From positions 62,001-126,000 of the forward strand of contig RDEW01000005.1 in assembly GCA_011109175.1 (NCBI GenBank): a DNA stretch of 64,000 nt, read 5' to 3'. Positions 37,374 to 51,296 of this stretch are shown here, one piece after another (the stretch's first letter is position 1; every line of letters begins with the position of its first letter). The translations under genes and the position numbers were made by a program. The notes beneath the pieces were generated by a model. That model saw only the letters and a list, made by a program, of their open reading frames with translations, was not told the origin of the DNA and made no database searches. Origin of the DNA: Dicyema japonicum (Eukaryota > Animalia > Dicyemida).

Positions 37374-37767
37374 TTATTTATTAATATTTTTTCTAATAAA
37401 ATTCATCCTCTGATTATGAATATCCATTCTCCGAGGTCTTTTTGCAGCACGAAAGTCATCCAAAAACACAACGTCAGGAATGTACATTCTCCATACACGA
37501 TCCAAGTAAAAGTTAATATCCTTAGGTTCCACAAGTGGGGACTTTCTGTGATTAGCAATCTTAGAAGATCCACTCACAATGCTGTCAATAAAGTCACTAG
37601 TAGCATCCAAGATAGCCTGACTCATTATATACCAATAACTGTTTGTGCTTCAGGATCAAGAGTTATATTCATATCAACTGAGTCTATCAAGTCTTTGACT
37701 TTCTTTTTATTAAATATAGAGTATTTAAAGCATCATAGTGAGTTGGAAGGAGGGTTGGAGGTTTCAT
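37374..37767 (-). CDS. TAF12: TFIID subunit 12
   Basis: FNKKKVKDLIDSVD...LDPEAQT|AILDATSDFIDSIV....ANHRKS..VEPKDINFYLDRVWRMYIP histone fold. One 23-nt intron; frameshift near 37715. Confidence 0.92.
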
Positions 37768-38774
37768 TACACAACAAGAAACAAATATTTTTTATTAATA
37801 AATTAAATAATTTTATTTATAATATTTAATAAAATCAAAATTTTTAACTTTTTTAAAATTATTTTAGCAAGAAAGACAAACTTGTTTTGACAGCTACCAA
37901 CAAATTACAACATAAAATTAAAATTATTCCCCAATTATGATTGAAAAGAAAATAAATCCCATGCAAGAACTCAGTCAAGATTCTTGGAGTGACCTTTGAC
38001 ACACTGATGACTGACTTTCAATGTATTCAATGCATTAGCACTAAAATTGAACCTTTTCAAATTCAAAAGATCATTAAACTCAGCATCCCTAGCCAGCACA
38101 AATGTTGAGAAAATTGAAAATTAATGTTAAGAAAATTAACTCATGTGCGTCGAGGTTTATTAGTGTAGCCAGTCGTCCCAGCTTGATTACATAAACATTT
38201 TCTTGAATCTGGCCAATTCATAACACTGCTGCCGTTTAAAGCATTCCACCTCCTCCACCAGACCATGTAAACCGACTTGAATAATCCTTCAATCATTCAG
38301 TCTGAAGACTGAGACGTACTCTTGATTTCAAAAAAATTATTTCTCAGCGACGAATCGGGCTCCAGACTGCCTTCTTCGAACTACCTTTCGATGATGATGT
38401 GCGAAACTTTCTGTTACCCAAGCCCTCCGTAGAGTATCAGAGACTTGTGGATGCGTCCAGTTCTATCTGCTGTTCGCTTCAGAACAGCTGACCTCATACA
38501 AGTTAGCGAGCTGGGGTTAACTAGCTTACATAGTTAATCAACGAAAGAGTATCTCCTTTAGAGGAATCAATCAGAAACAACGGTAGGGTTTCCTGGGTTT
38601 TTTTCTGAAGCCCATTTGGGAAAAAACCTACTCTTGCTGAGGAATCCCGATCAGTCCTTAAGAAGAACACCACTAGATCTGAGGTACTATAAGTTTGGAT
38701 CACTTAACTAGTTAGCACTTTTTTTCTTTGCAGTCGTGAGTTTCTTAAATAAAAAATATAAAATGAAGAATATA

Positions 38775-39980
38775 TCATTTAATATTAATAACGACCTTTC
38801 CCAATACTCCTCCCTCCTTGAGTCGATGGTACGCAGTAGGTAGTGAATCAAAATCATACACAGAGTCAACCGTACTAATAATCTTAATTATACACAATGG
38901 TCACTTTGTTGTCGTCAATTAACATCCCAATGTAGTCGAGGGCTTTAACATCGGATTTGAAGAAACCATATATATATTTTTTATCAGTTAAGTATCTTTT
39001 GAAGGGATCTACCATCACTTCAGGAAGACCCGTCAGTCCACGTGACTCGAAATTATGTATAAACGGAGAACTTGTTGACACAAATTTTCCATTTCTACTG
39101 CATTTGATTTTCTTAAGGAAATCATCATCAGTTGTAGGAAGAAAGTTAAGCACCAAATCATAACCATCACCCCCAAGATAGTTTATTTCATCAATGTAGT
39201 CATCTTTAGAGGAATCAACGACAAAATCAGCATTTAGGGAGGTCACAAAGTCAATAGCATGGCTTTTACACGTAGCAACTATAGATCCACCACTGAGAGC
39301 AAACTTCAGATACTGTACTGCAAACGAACCAACACCCCCAGATGAACCAAGCACAAGACACCGTAAATTTGACCCAACTAAGTCGTAAAAGGATATCCCA
39401 ATAAATCCTAAACTCCCAAAGAATGTATTGGCTACAAAAGGAATAGCTGCAGCTTCCACGTCAGTAATACTATTAGGACGGTGTGATAACTAAAAAATTA
39501 GCAAATCTCTTGCCTCAGAATCCTTCACTTTTATAAATGTGGAGTGAGATCCCATTGGTTTAAATACACCGAGAGATCCCCATACTCGGTCGCCAACTTT
39601 AAACTTTGAGCAGCACTGACCAACGCTAGTGACAACACCACTAAAGTCCCTTCCAGGGACAAGTGGAAATATCGAACGGGGAAATATCTTACCAGTATTT
39701 TGAAGAAAAGTAACAATTTTGGATATACGTCTACCGTATCCCTCTATTTTAACATTAAATGGTAACCAATCATCATTAAATCAATAGGATTTACACTAGC
39801 AGCATGGACTCGAACAATGACTTCATTAGTTCGATAAACTCGAAGGACTGGGAAGTTGGTCATATTCAGTGATTCAATTCCTCCATAAGAGTTGACACAC
39901 CAAGCACTCTTATTTACTAATAAATATTTTATAGCTTTATGATTATTTAATCTAAGAAGATTTGCAGTCACAACAAACAT
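38775..39980 (-). CDS. RTN4IP1: Reticulon-4-interacting protein 1-like mitochondrial NADPH oxidoreductase (MDR family)
   Basis: AWCVNSYGG, EVIVRVHAASVNPIDLMM, GYG, FPLVPGRDFSGVV, FKVGDRVWG, EAAAIPFVA, LVLGSSGGVGSFAVQ, and C-term GKVVINIK*. Introns of 23, 24 (GC-AG) and 22 nt. Confidence 0.88.
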
Positions 39981-40059
39981 GATAAATTTAGAATTTAAAT
40001 TAAAATATATTAATACTGATAAATTAAAATATATTAATACTGATAATTTAAAATATTTT

Positions 40060-41000
40060 TGGTGAGGTGTTGACGTGTCTCGTTTCTTGATTGGATCGCA
40101 GCTGGTGACGTGGCTCTTGATCTCAATGTCTGGAAAACACAGTATCAAGCCATTGGACTTCTCCCTTTCACGTTTAACGTCAGGGGACTCTCTAGCGTTT
40201 GGAAACGGAAGGAACTGGTCGAGGATCTTTCAAAATACAAGATTTCAATCGCCTGCCTTCAGGAGACCAAACTTATAAACGGGATCGAAGAACAACATGG
40301 GGACTTTCGACTAATCTTCCTTCCAGGTGGAAACAAGCACTATGGGCTAGGATTTGCAGTCAGGAATGATCTATCCAAGAGAGTCTGACGATATTACATG
40401 TGAATGATAGAATCGGGGTGTTACAATTGAAACTGGATGACCTCAACCCGTCGAAGAAATATCTAACTATAATAAACGTGTACGCCCCTCACAGTGGATG
40501 GCTTAATAAAAACCCTGATGTGATTGATGACTTTTACACCAGTCTTTCTGCCGTTTTCTCCATGTATGCTCTCTCAACACTAGTAATGATCGCAGGAGAC
40601 CTAAATGCGAAAGCTGGCACCCAGGTTACGACCGATGAGACATTCATGGGAAGGCATGGTAGGGGGAAAAGAAATCTCCCGGGAACTCTACTAGCTAACT
40701 TCTGTCAAACGAACAACATATTTTTATGCAATACAGCCTTTATGCATCCAGCCAGACATAGATCTACGTGGTCGGGACACAGAACAAACCCGAAGGGCGA
40801 GTGATAAATATGTACAACCAGGTCGACTATATCATATGCAAGCAAAAAGATCGAGGAATTATACTTGATGCACGAGCTTATGGTGGATCGATTATCGACA
40901 GCGACCACAAAATGGTTATTGCTAGACTTTCTCTAAAAGATTTATGGTACTACAAAGAACGAAACGGAAGCACATTGAAACCACAGAACCCAACTATAGA
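40060..41000 (+). mobile_element. RTE LINE 5' part (APE endonuclease)
   Basis: TFNVRGL, ACLQETK, HYGLGFAV, INVYAPH, AGDLNAK, HPARHRSTW, NQVDYI, DSDHKMV. Confidence 0.92.
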
Positions 41001-41109
41001 CGTTATAATTTGGAAGTGGATGAAACTAACCAGTGATTTGCTAACTCGTGTTGCACATGCTTTGTCAAGTCCTATGACATAGCGATAAGTGCTTATAATA
41101 ATAATAATC

Positions 41110-41495
41110 ACAATTGAGAAAAATGTCTAAAAGGCAATGGATACAAAAGGATGCATTTCGTCTAAAGGTCCTTACGTTCAATGCTAGAGGCTTATCTACG
41201 ACCTGGTCGAGGAAGATTCTCTGTGACGACCTGGAGAGATACGACGTATCTATTGGGTGCCTATACTACCTGGGACAATACTTGGTTATACGATGCTAAA
41301 AGGGTTTGACGAGTGACGCCGTCATCAGTGGATACTCACTACGGAACTGGATAGTCTAGAAAGGACCCACACACAAGAAAAAAAGTGAAGATCATTCCTT
41401 GGTTCTACGATTAGTTAAAAATTAACTGTTCTTTACTTAAATAAAGTGTGTGCTCTGTTTATGCGGAGCTATAAATATATGGCTCTCGTGAAAAG
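41110..41495 (+). mobile_element. RTE 5' stub followed by an RTE-subfamily 3' end
   Basis: LTFNARGL..DDLERYDVSIGCL; 41306-41495 matches 5470-5650. Confidence 0.7.
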
Positions 41496-41629
41496 GCTGT
41501 TATTATTCGATCTAGTTCTTTCTCTGTTGATTTTGCCTAGATGGCCCCTCTTTGGTAAATATTTTTCATTGGGTGTCCCCAAAAGGTCTTTTTATGTCTT
41601 TCGATTTTCCTCAATATTCAAAGATTATT

Positions 41630-42400
41630 TGAATACGGACTGCGTTGATTTTGGGACTTGAGTGGACGAAAGATTATCTGATTTATAATTTTTTCCTTCC
41701 ACTAGGTGGCAAAGATGCTGTTTCAACAAACCTCAATCATCTTGGCTCTCACTGGGTAATGAAATTCCTTAAAAAAGATCCAGAGATTCAAGGTGAAGAC
41801 TATCAACTCATTTAGAACATCTGGAAGAACTCATGTATCACGCCGAGGCTGAAAATTGGTAACTCGAAAGATGATCTCTATATCGCTCAGTGTCTCTAAC
41901 ATGGATTATGTCGAAAGTGTTAGAGAAACTTCTACTAAAATTGACTTCCCCTGCTGTATTAATGTCTGCTTTACAGCAATGTTTTAGAAATGGCGGTCAA
42001 CCACCACTCACCTGAAATCCTTTTCCCAGTTTATTACAAACGGTTTTAATGCAAAAAGAACATCAAGAATTTCCGAGCTACATGAGGAGTTCTCTGTCAA
42101 AGGTAACACTGTAAAGCGGACAAGATCTTGGCTATTACCGAATAACAAGGTTTTCCCTGTCACTCATGTTGTTCAAATTTTTTGATGATATGATCCATGG
42201 TTCTCATCACGTGCGAACGACCTAACCATATATTACCCGGATGCATGCTGTCAGTGTCGTCTAATTTGCGATTTACTCTATTTACTTATGATAGAAGGTC
42301 CAAACGTGAGTTCATTATTCCTTGATGACATCCCTATCCCCACTACAAGATATCACATGATTTTCGGTCACATGCTGATGACATTAACACACCAAGCTTA
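41630..42400 (+). mobile_element. Degenerate pogo/Fot1-like DDE transposase
   Basis: LGSHWVMKFLKKDPEI resembles vGknWvyrFlkRhpel; a later HGSH resembles DGHGSH; an SPLQD-like PLD region follows. Many stops. Confidence 0.5.
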
Positions 42401-43803
42401 TGTCAAGTTTACTGATTGAAAGGAGATCCAGTGAGGAGTTCAACCTATTCGAGGCAGAACCCATGTCACTTGAACTGTCCCCCACATTTAACCTCACTGA
42501 ATTTCAGTGATAATAAAAAATCATTCATTGATTATTGAATACTAAAGATAATAGAACAACCTATATTGGTAGTCCACAACATGTGCACGAGGTTTTTCTG
42601 ATGCTGTTTTTCTGTACCCACGAGCTACTCTTTCGGCAGAATTGAAGAAGAATGGGTTTTGTTTGAAATCACTGGCTTCTATAGCTGACGAAAAGAAAAG
42701 ATCAGATTCATATTAATAACTAATATTGTTGGAAATATTAATGGTTAATTGGTTGGAATGTTGAGGTGGTAACATTTCACACAATATGTACTTAATGATA
42801 GATGAAACTTCCTGTCGTGATCGTGGACCAGGTTATGAGAGATATTAGAAACCCTAAGATCTGAACAAAGGAAGAATCGTGCACGTAATATTCGAGATTA
42901 AACCTCGTCCATTCCAAAATTGAAAGAACTCTGAGGATCACTAGTCAAGCTGTTACGATAGTTCCGAACTAAATCACTCTTTAGAGAATTTATTCAAACA
43001 TTGCTGTTTCTAAAACTTATAAAAGAAAAACAAAATACGGTTTATATTGAAGAATAATATATTTGAAGTCTCATAGGGAGTACCCCATAATATAGCGATG
43101 GAGGAGTACTTTGTAAATATTAGGGCACGTTTCTGTGGACAACCACGAGTAAACGCTTCCTGGGATAGTTGATGCTGATATCAAGTAAGTCAAATTTGGA
43201 AAACATCTCTACGTCTTGACGGAGATCCCACACGACCATGCAAGGTAGTTTGATTATTCCCAACGTCACACGTGTAAAACAATAGCTTTTATGGTTTTAC
43301 GTGTGCTGCTTTAATAATTGTAGTGGAAAAATGCGATTCTTATCTATGGAGATACAAAAATAATGCTGCATTCTATGGAGATAAGAATGATTGAGGTTTT
43401 ATACCAACAAACGAAATCATTTTGGATGGCTCTATAGTTTGCTTAGAAGGTTGAAGGTCTGTGATATCGTATCCAAGTGCCCTTTCTAGCAGGTTTAAGT
43501 GTTTTAATTAATGTGGTTTGATTGCCAATAAAGTGACAATCACATGTGTCCCTTGTGATCGATATCCTCCCGATAAAGATATTCTGAACATAACGACTAC
43601 TGTATGGATTTTATTAAAGATTCTCGTGCTGATAGATTCTTTATTCCAAATCCTAAATTTACATTGAAAAGTTTGCAAAAAAGTTGACAAGAAATAACTT
43701 TTCGGCTTATTTCCCTACAGATCGTCAGGAGAATGTGGGGAAACGGTTAGACCAAGACTGAGAATTTACCACTACAATGTGCCTAATAAATTATAAAAAT
43801 ATA

Positions 43804-45563
<1,760 letters not shown>

Positions 45564-45916
45564 TGATGTTGCAATTATCGGTCTAACTGTTTATAAATAG
45601 TGCTTGTATCGGTGATTTCGTAATTTGGTCGAATAATAGTGCGCAAAGAACTGGTCAGTTGCCAAACAATTATTCAAAATTATATCGACCAAGCATTGTC
45701 AATAAATTTTATTGCTATAATTTTTATTATGCAGTTGAAGTAATCATTTTATAATAAATCAATGAATTGCTAATTCAAGAAAAGCAGCCTCTAATCAATC
45801 TCTTTATTCCCATCGATTTCATGGTATTTTAAGAAATAATTTAAGAAATATTAATTATTGTGGTCGATTAATAATATGCATTCAATATGGCTCATTATTA
45901 GTAGTCATTAGTTAGC

Positions 45917-47054
45917 TTAGTTGTGTTTTGCCTTCATCGTTGAAATGCTGTCCTCCGCCAACTGACAAACGTACGACTTGTCAGTAATAAACTTCTCACA
46001 AAAATGATTAAACAAAACCTCAACAAAAATCAATTTCTCTTGGTAAGTATCCAGTTTGCTTGCGTATGAGCTTTCTCCCAAGAACGAGGCACAACTTTCC
46101 GTGAGGGAGTTGATGACCATGAATATTTTACTGAACAGAACTTGACGATCCCTCTCTATACTGTTCCTTCTCAAACACTTTAGCATAAAGTCGTCATTAA
46201 TTTCTTTCTGCACGTAATATTCATTCTGCAGTGATTTATTTTACTTAAAATTGATATTTTCATATTTTCGTGGCTTTTCCTCATCTCCTCAAACTCCAAT
46301 CTTTTCTCCTCCAACTGCCTATATAATAGAGTCTACCTTATTCCCTATTTCGACACTGTGTTTCAGTAAAAAGTCGTTAGTTTCCTTCAACGTGTTGTAA
46401 CGGGAAATTATACTTCCAATGTCCCGCTCCCCGTCAAGGAAGAATTCTAAAATGTGATTTATTCTCACCTGGAGGCATTATGTTCAGGGTTTGAGTCAGA
46501 AATTCCTTGTATATTTCATTTTTCATCATTTTTTCCTTCAACTCATTGCAGCTAAGATTACTTAATGGTTCTACCTGAAATTGTCCATTTTGTACAACAT
46601 TCGAAGGGATTCAAACTCATTTTTCTTGTTTTCCGTCAAAACAAGTTCTCTCTTGTATTTTTGGATGGCTCTGAGTCTCTTTGAGTCATTCTCGTCAATA
46701 TATTTCTTGAACCTCTCACACTTTTCTTTAAGCTTAACTTGTAAAACCAATATACTTCATTTTGAGCCCTTCTCAACTTATCCTTCCTAATTTTGAACTG
46801 TTCCATCTTTTCGTTAAACTCTGCCTTTTTGACTGCGAGACTTTGTTCAATTTGCTCATTCTCGACCTCCTTCTTAAGAAGGGCGGTATCTATGAATGGT
46901 TCCCTCGTGTCACTGCTAGCATACAATTTAGCCTTTTCAATGATTTTATCAATTTTGATATTGACACTATCACTAACAAATATTATAGGTTGTGCAACAG
47001 TTGAGGTTGAGTGAGAAAGAACTTTGTGGGCTCAACATCACAATTAGTCGACAT
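45917..47054 (-). CDS. DUF4200 coiled-coil ciliary protein (CCDC42/CFAP73/CCDC197-like)
   Basis: LLKKEVE.EQIEQSLAVKKAEF.EKM, LKEKCERFKKYIDENDSKRLRAIQKY, IYKEFL, IISRYNTL. Introns of 22-26 nt restore the frame from MSTNCDVEPTKFFLTQPQL. Confidence 0.8.
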
Positions 47055-47070
47055 AACTATGACAACAATA

Positions 47071-47937
47071 TTATTTCTTATAAAGTGAGTTATCAAATAT
47101 ATAATTATGCACAGAATTAGGGACCAGATAGTCAATTGGAAACCCTTCTCTGACGGCCTTTCTGAAATAACAGTCACGACAACCTTATGCTAGTCGAAGA
47201 TATGTTATTTGATATAAAATCCTCAAAGAAGAACAGTTTAGCCTAAAATATACAAGTAATACAACTCTCTCATCTCTAAGAATGATGTTAGCATTTATAA
47301 TATCATCCATCGAGCATCCACTCCTATCAGCAACAGCCATCCCGTAGTGATAAACCAAACGTTCAATCTACAAAATTATATATCAACGAAACATCCTCTC
47401 TCTTCCACAGATTTGGAATATTGAAGGAAGCCAACATATCCATCCCACACAATCCAACCAACTTTACATTCCCATAGTGTCCCAATCTAAGGGGATCTTG
47501 ACGTTATTTCAAAATAGAACCATTCTGATCGTCCAATAATTGTCGGAAATGATCAAACACGTGTCTTGTGGGAGTCCACTCATCCCTATTGGCCTCCCAG
47601 CTACTTACTCTACCAGTTCATCCGTTTACAATACTTTACGAATCCATTGGAAGATTCAGAAGCCAGTCTACACATTTCAATGCGATGTTTTGGAGAAGAT
47701 AACCCTAAAATTTAGATACAAGTGAAATACTCGTTTGCCATATTTTTGGTTAACCGGGCTTATTATGCATGATATGACTCTGAGATTATCTCGGGCGAGT
47801 CGATTTTTTGCCAGTTCAATGAATTACATACAATTCTAACCTATAATACGCAAGTGGGATATTGTAATTGGATTGAAGGAACCACAGAACAACAAGACAA
47901 CATTTATATGACCATTTTTATGGATAGCACTATTCAT
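47071..47937 (-). CDS. NMNAT: Nicotinamide mononucleotide adenylyltransferase
   Basis: VVLLFCGSFNPITISHLR, SPVNQKYGK, KHRIEMCRLA, WEA....WTPT, LCGMDMLASFNIPNLWKRED, NNISSTSIR|KAV....IDYLVP..V..YI....LY. Confidence 0.93.
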
Positions 47938-48254
47938 TGCAGTTTATGGTCGAACCAAAGAACTTCATGACGTTATTATTTTATAATAAAAATATTTATC
48001 ATAATATTTTAATAATTTTAGATTTAAACAAGATTATCATTAAATTATTAGATTAACTTTAACTTTGATAATCATAAAATGATAATTTGAGATAAATGCA
48101 AAGGGGGACGATATCGGTAAATCCTCCAACCTCCTATTGTTTGAAACCTTAGTATCGTTTCTCATGCCAATAATTAGGTTAAATGGGATATTTTGGCAAT
48201 AATAATATATTGTTGTGATGGCGTGCGCGTGAGCTTCTACTGAAACAATGAAAC

Positions 48255-48700
48255 GTTATTATTATTAACCTTAGGCTAACCATTGTGAGCCCAGCACAAA
48301 CAGTCACAACTTACTAATCTAAGGAAGGATCCAAAGGAAGAACATCTGCTTGTACCGACCAAATCCATCTTCCAATGGTTCATTACAAGCTTTCCGCTTC
48401 CGAAGAGAGGTGGCGAAGTAGGTCCGCCCTCTTCCATTTCGTCGCACGTCCTATTGTCGCGGACAATACTTTATTCTTCAGCGGAATAGTTTATCATAAT
48501 GTAATCTTCATCAGAAGTTTTGGTCAGGGAGAGGTAGGAGGATCTCTTTTAACTACTGTGTCGTACCAGAAGGACTCGTCGCCTCACGGGTAGGATCTGT
48601 TTGACAAGAATTGACCTTAGCTGAAAACTCGATCTTCGAATTCGACCCACGACCTTCAGATCCGATGTCATAAGACGTTAGTTCAACCAGAAGGCCTGAA
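48255..48700 (-). mobile_element. SINE family C, full-length (~445 bp), tRNA(Arg)-like head
   Basis: The minus-strand head GGCC...GACATCGGATCTGAAGGTCGTGGGTCGAATTC resembles the tRNA-Arg anticodon and T arms with a B box. The tail is (AAT)n. Confidence 0.8.
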
Positions 48701-49204
48701 ACGTTACTAATGGACCTATATATCAGGGGTTCTCACGATTTTGGGACCAGGGGTAATAAGAATTTTTTATTTTTAATCAAACCATCAATAGGCGTTATTA
48801 AAAAATGTTAAAAGTTATGGAGCTTGAATGGCCATGCTGTTTCCTCTGACATCGAGATACGCTCTCAAAGCCATCTAGTCTCACGTAGATCCTTGGTGAC
48901 CCTTTGAAAAAATCAAATTTCCTAGTCACAGTAAAAATAAAAATAGGCGTTATATTGTTAGGTTAAATTTTTGTTATTTTCTTACGCAGACGACTCAGTC
49001 GGTTAACAGGAACAAATTGATGACAGTGCTGGAAGGATTTCTCGACGAATCGAGTCTAAGATTGATCCAAATCCTTCTATCTAACACAGAGCTCCTTGTG
49101 AGAGTTGGAAAAACCTACTCAAGAAAATTTGAAACAAACATAATAATAATACGACTTAATAATTGCAACACGAAATCGATCGATGCAAGTTGCGACCGCT
49201 AATT

Positions 49205-49506
49205 ATTTTTATTTATTAACCCCGAATACACCGAGAAAGAAGTTATCTAGTTTCCACTTCTACAGTAACAGAGTCCATCCGGAATCAGCATAAAAGGTAA
49301 GACGTCCATTACATACAGTTGTGAAAACCCCTCCAGTGGAGTGGGGGAGAGCAAATTTATCCTTTTTCGTGCCGGCCTGGCACTGAACGTCACCTAGACA
49401 GGTGGATCACATGACGCCACTCTAATAGGAAGAGAGAGGAGGAACAGACAAACAAGCAGAAAACTTCAACGAATTAGCCACGCAGCATCACATGGCGCCA
49501 CGCGGC
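49205..49506 (-). mobile_element. SINE family D, full-length
   Basis: Reverse complement of 28617-28940. Confidence 0.88.
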
Positions 49507-49519
49507 TTTTAAATTCCGA

Positions 49520-49910
49520 CCGCTAATGCCCAAGCGAGAGTTAACACCTTCTATGATTGGTTTCTGTCAACCGACTAACGATATCTGTCGACAAATCAAT
49601 ATGTACGCTTTTCACCTCAGACTGTAGGTCGTTCAAAAGAAGATCCAAAAATTTTCATTGATCTTGTCCAGATACCAGTAACTAGGTCTCCCTCAATTCT
49701 TGGATTAATGTTTGACAGGCTGTTGAATTTAAACTCCCATGCGATTGGTTAGGAAGTTCCCTCCGAGAGAAGGTTCTTTCGCACGATAATGGGAACAATG
49801 GAAGACCATAGACGTTGGATGGCTCGTTTGATTGCCGGGACTAAAATTACCTAACTGTCTTACGATTTACTGTCTTTCTTTCTCGGTGATTCCGGAGTTC
49901 TAAATAAATA
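49520..49910 (+). mobile_element. Jockey/I-like LINE 3' end; candidate partner of SINE D
   Basis: ILGLMFDRLLNLNSH (RT C-terminus), then tail tctttctcggtgattccggagttctaaataaataa, similar to the SINE D tail. Confidence 0.65.
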
Positions 49911-50369
49911 AAACTCTCATCTCAGTTTAGTAAACGATCTATTTTCCTCAAATTAAAATGGGTGCTATGTGACAAACCATAGTTGTTCTAAATAAATAAA
50001 GAAAAAAATAACAGTTAACAATCAAAGAAAAATTACAGTTCTCGTCTGTATAAGGGAGCATATTCTTTGCTAGAAGGTAACAAATTTATACACAGTGATG
50101 TGTTCCAATAATAAATAGTGAAAATTGACAAAAATGTTGAGCCTTCAGGTGTATTTTTGGGGCCTCGAAGACTGAATCAAAAATGGATGTATGTCAATAG
50201 TGATGCCTTTCAATAGTATATGTTTTAAAGAAATAATGGTGGAATCAAAAATAAGGCAATGTGATTTTCATTAACGTTGATAGCTAAAAATTGAATTTTT
50301 CATTGTTTTTAAATCAAAGGCATCGAAGAAGTAAGCTATAGTGTCAAGATAATTCCTGATCCCCCTTCC

Positions 50370-50700
50370 ACGTGGACCAATAACACAACGGCATATGGTG
50401 TATAGGCATTTTTAATGTCGATCTTGAGGATAATAAACGGGATTTTCTTGTAGTGTTGTGCAAAAATCCCCACTGCATGAATTGCCTCCTCACAACTTCC
50501 CGGATTGTCGACCCCAACCTGGCAGCCTTGAGGATCCTTAAAAGATGTCTTCGTAAATGAGTCAAGTTCGAGATCAACTCAATTAGACTTTGATGATCCA
50601 AGGATATATTGTCTGAAGGAAAACGTTTTGTTGGACATTTAATTTGTCGGACAATGTTCGACTGGCAGTAGTCTGTTGACTCCGAACTAATAACATAGAT
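50370..50700 (-). mobile_element. CRE-like RT remnant
   Basis: QVGVDNPGSCEEAIHAV and IILKIDIKNAY. Confidence 0.6.
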
Positions 50701-51296
50701 CTAGTACAGATGATGGCTTCACCTCCTCAAGATAGATAGAACCTCTCTTCCACTTTTTAATGGACCCAAGAGACATCGGAAATCCGAAGCGTTGAAATAA
50801 GGAAGCATTGCCTCCATAGCTTGTGAAACAAGGGAAAATGCTAATCTTGCCAATTCCACGTCGGAAAAGTAAATCCAAGAGGGTCAGTTAAACACGTGCT
50901 ATGTTTCGTGGGTAATCTCACTGCTAACATATTTAAAGAGACATTACCATGTCTAAGTAGCTTATAAATTTTATAAACTTAAAAGAGGATATTTCGCACA
51001 ATCAGTTTATGGCTGCGTTTTGTTGGCTTTAGCGGAGTTTTTGTTGATGTGAAGTTCTAAGAAATAAAAGGTAAATTTCGGCTCTTCATTTCTGAACTTT
51101 TTCAGGATATTTTCACGACTGTTGATCCATCAATCCTGGATTTAATCAATCCAGAAATAATTGAAAAATAATTTCAAGAATTTATTAAATTAAAAAAAAA
51201 CATTTTAAGTTATATAACCCTTAATTCTACATCTTCAACGGAAAGAGTTGTAATATTTAGTCTTATCCCAAGTATTTTGAGAATTTTGGTAGAAAC

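Noticed and set aside
41716-41900. Plus-strand host gene with a 23-nt intron (gtgaagactatcaactcatttag)
   Set aside because: The unspliced frames fit a decayed pogo-like transposase better; the GT-AG pair may be chance.
50344-50878. ORFs 50344-50601 and 50687-50878 as TTLL5 3' exons
   Set aside because: TTLL5 can be closed at ~51297, and another frame of this region contains CRE-type RT motifs.
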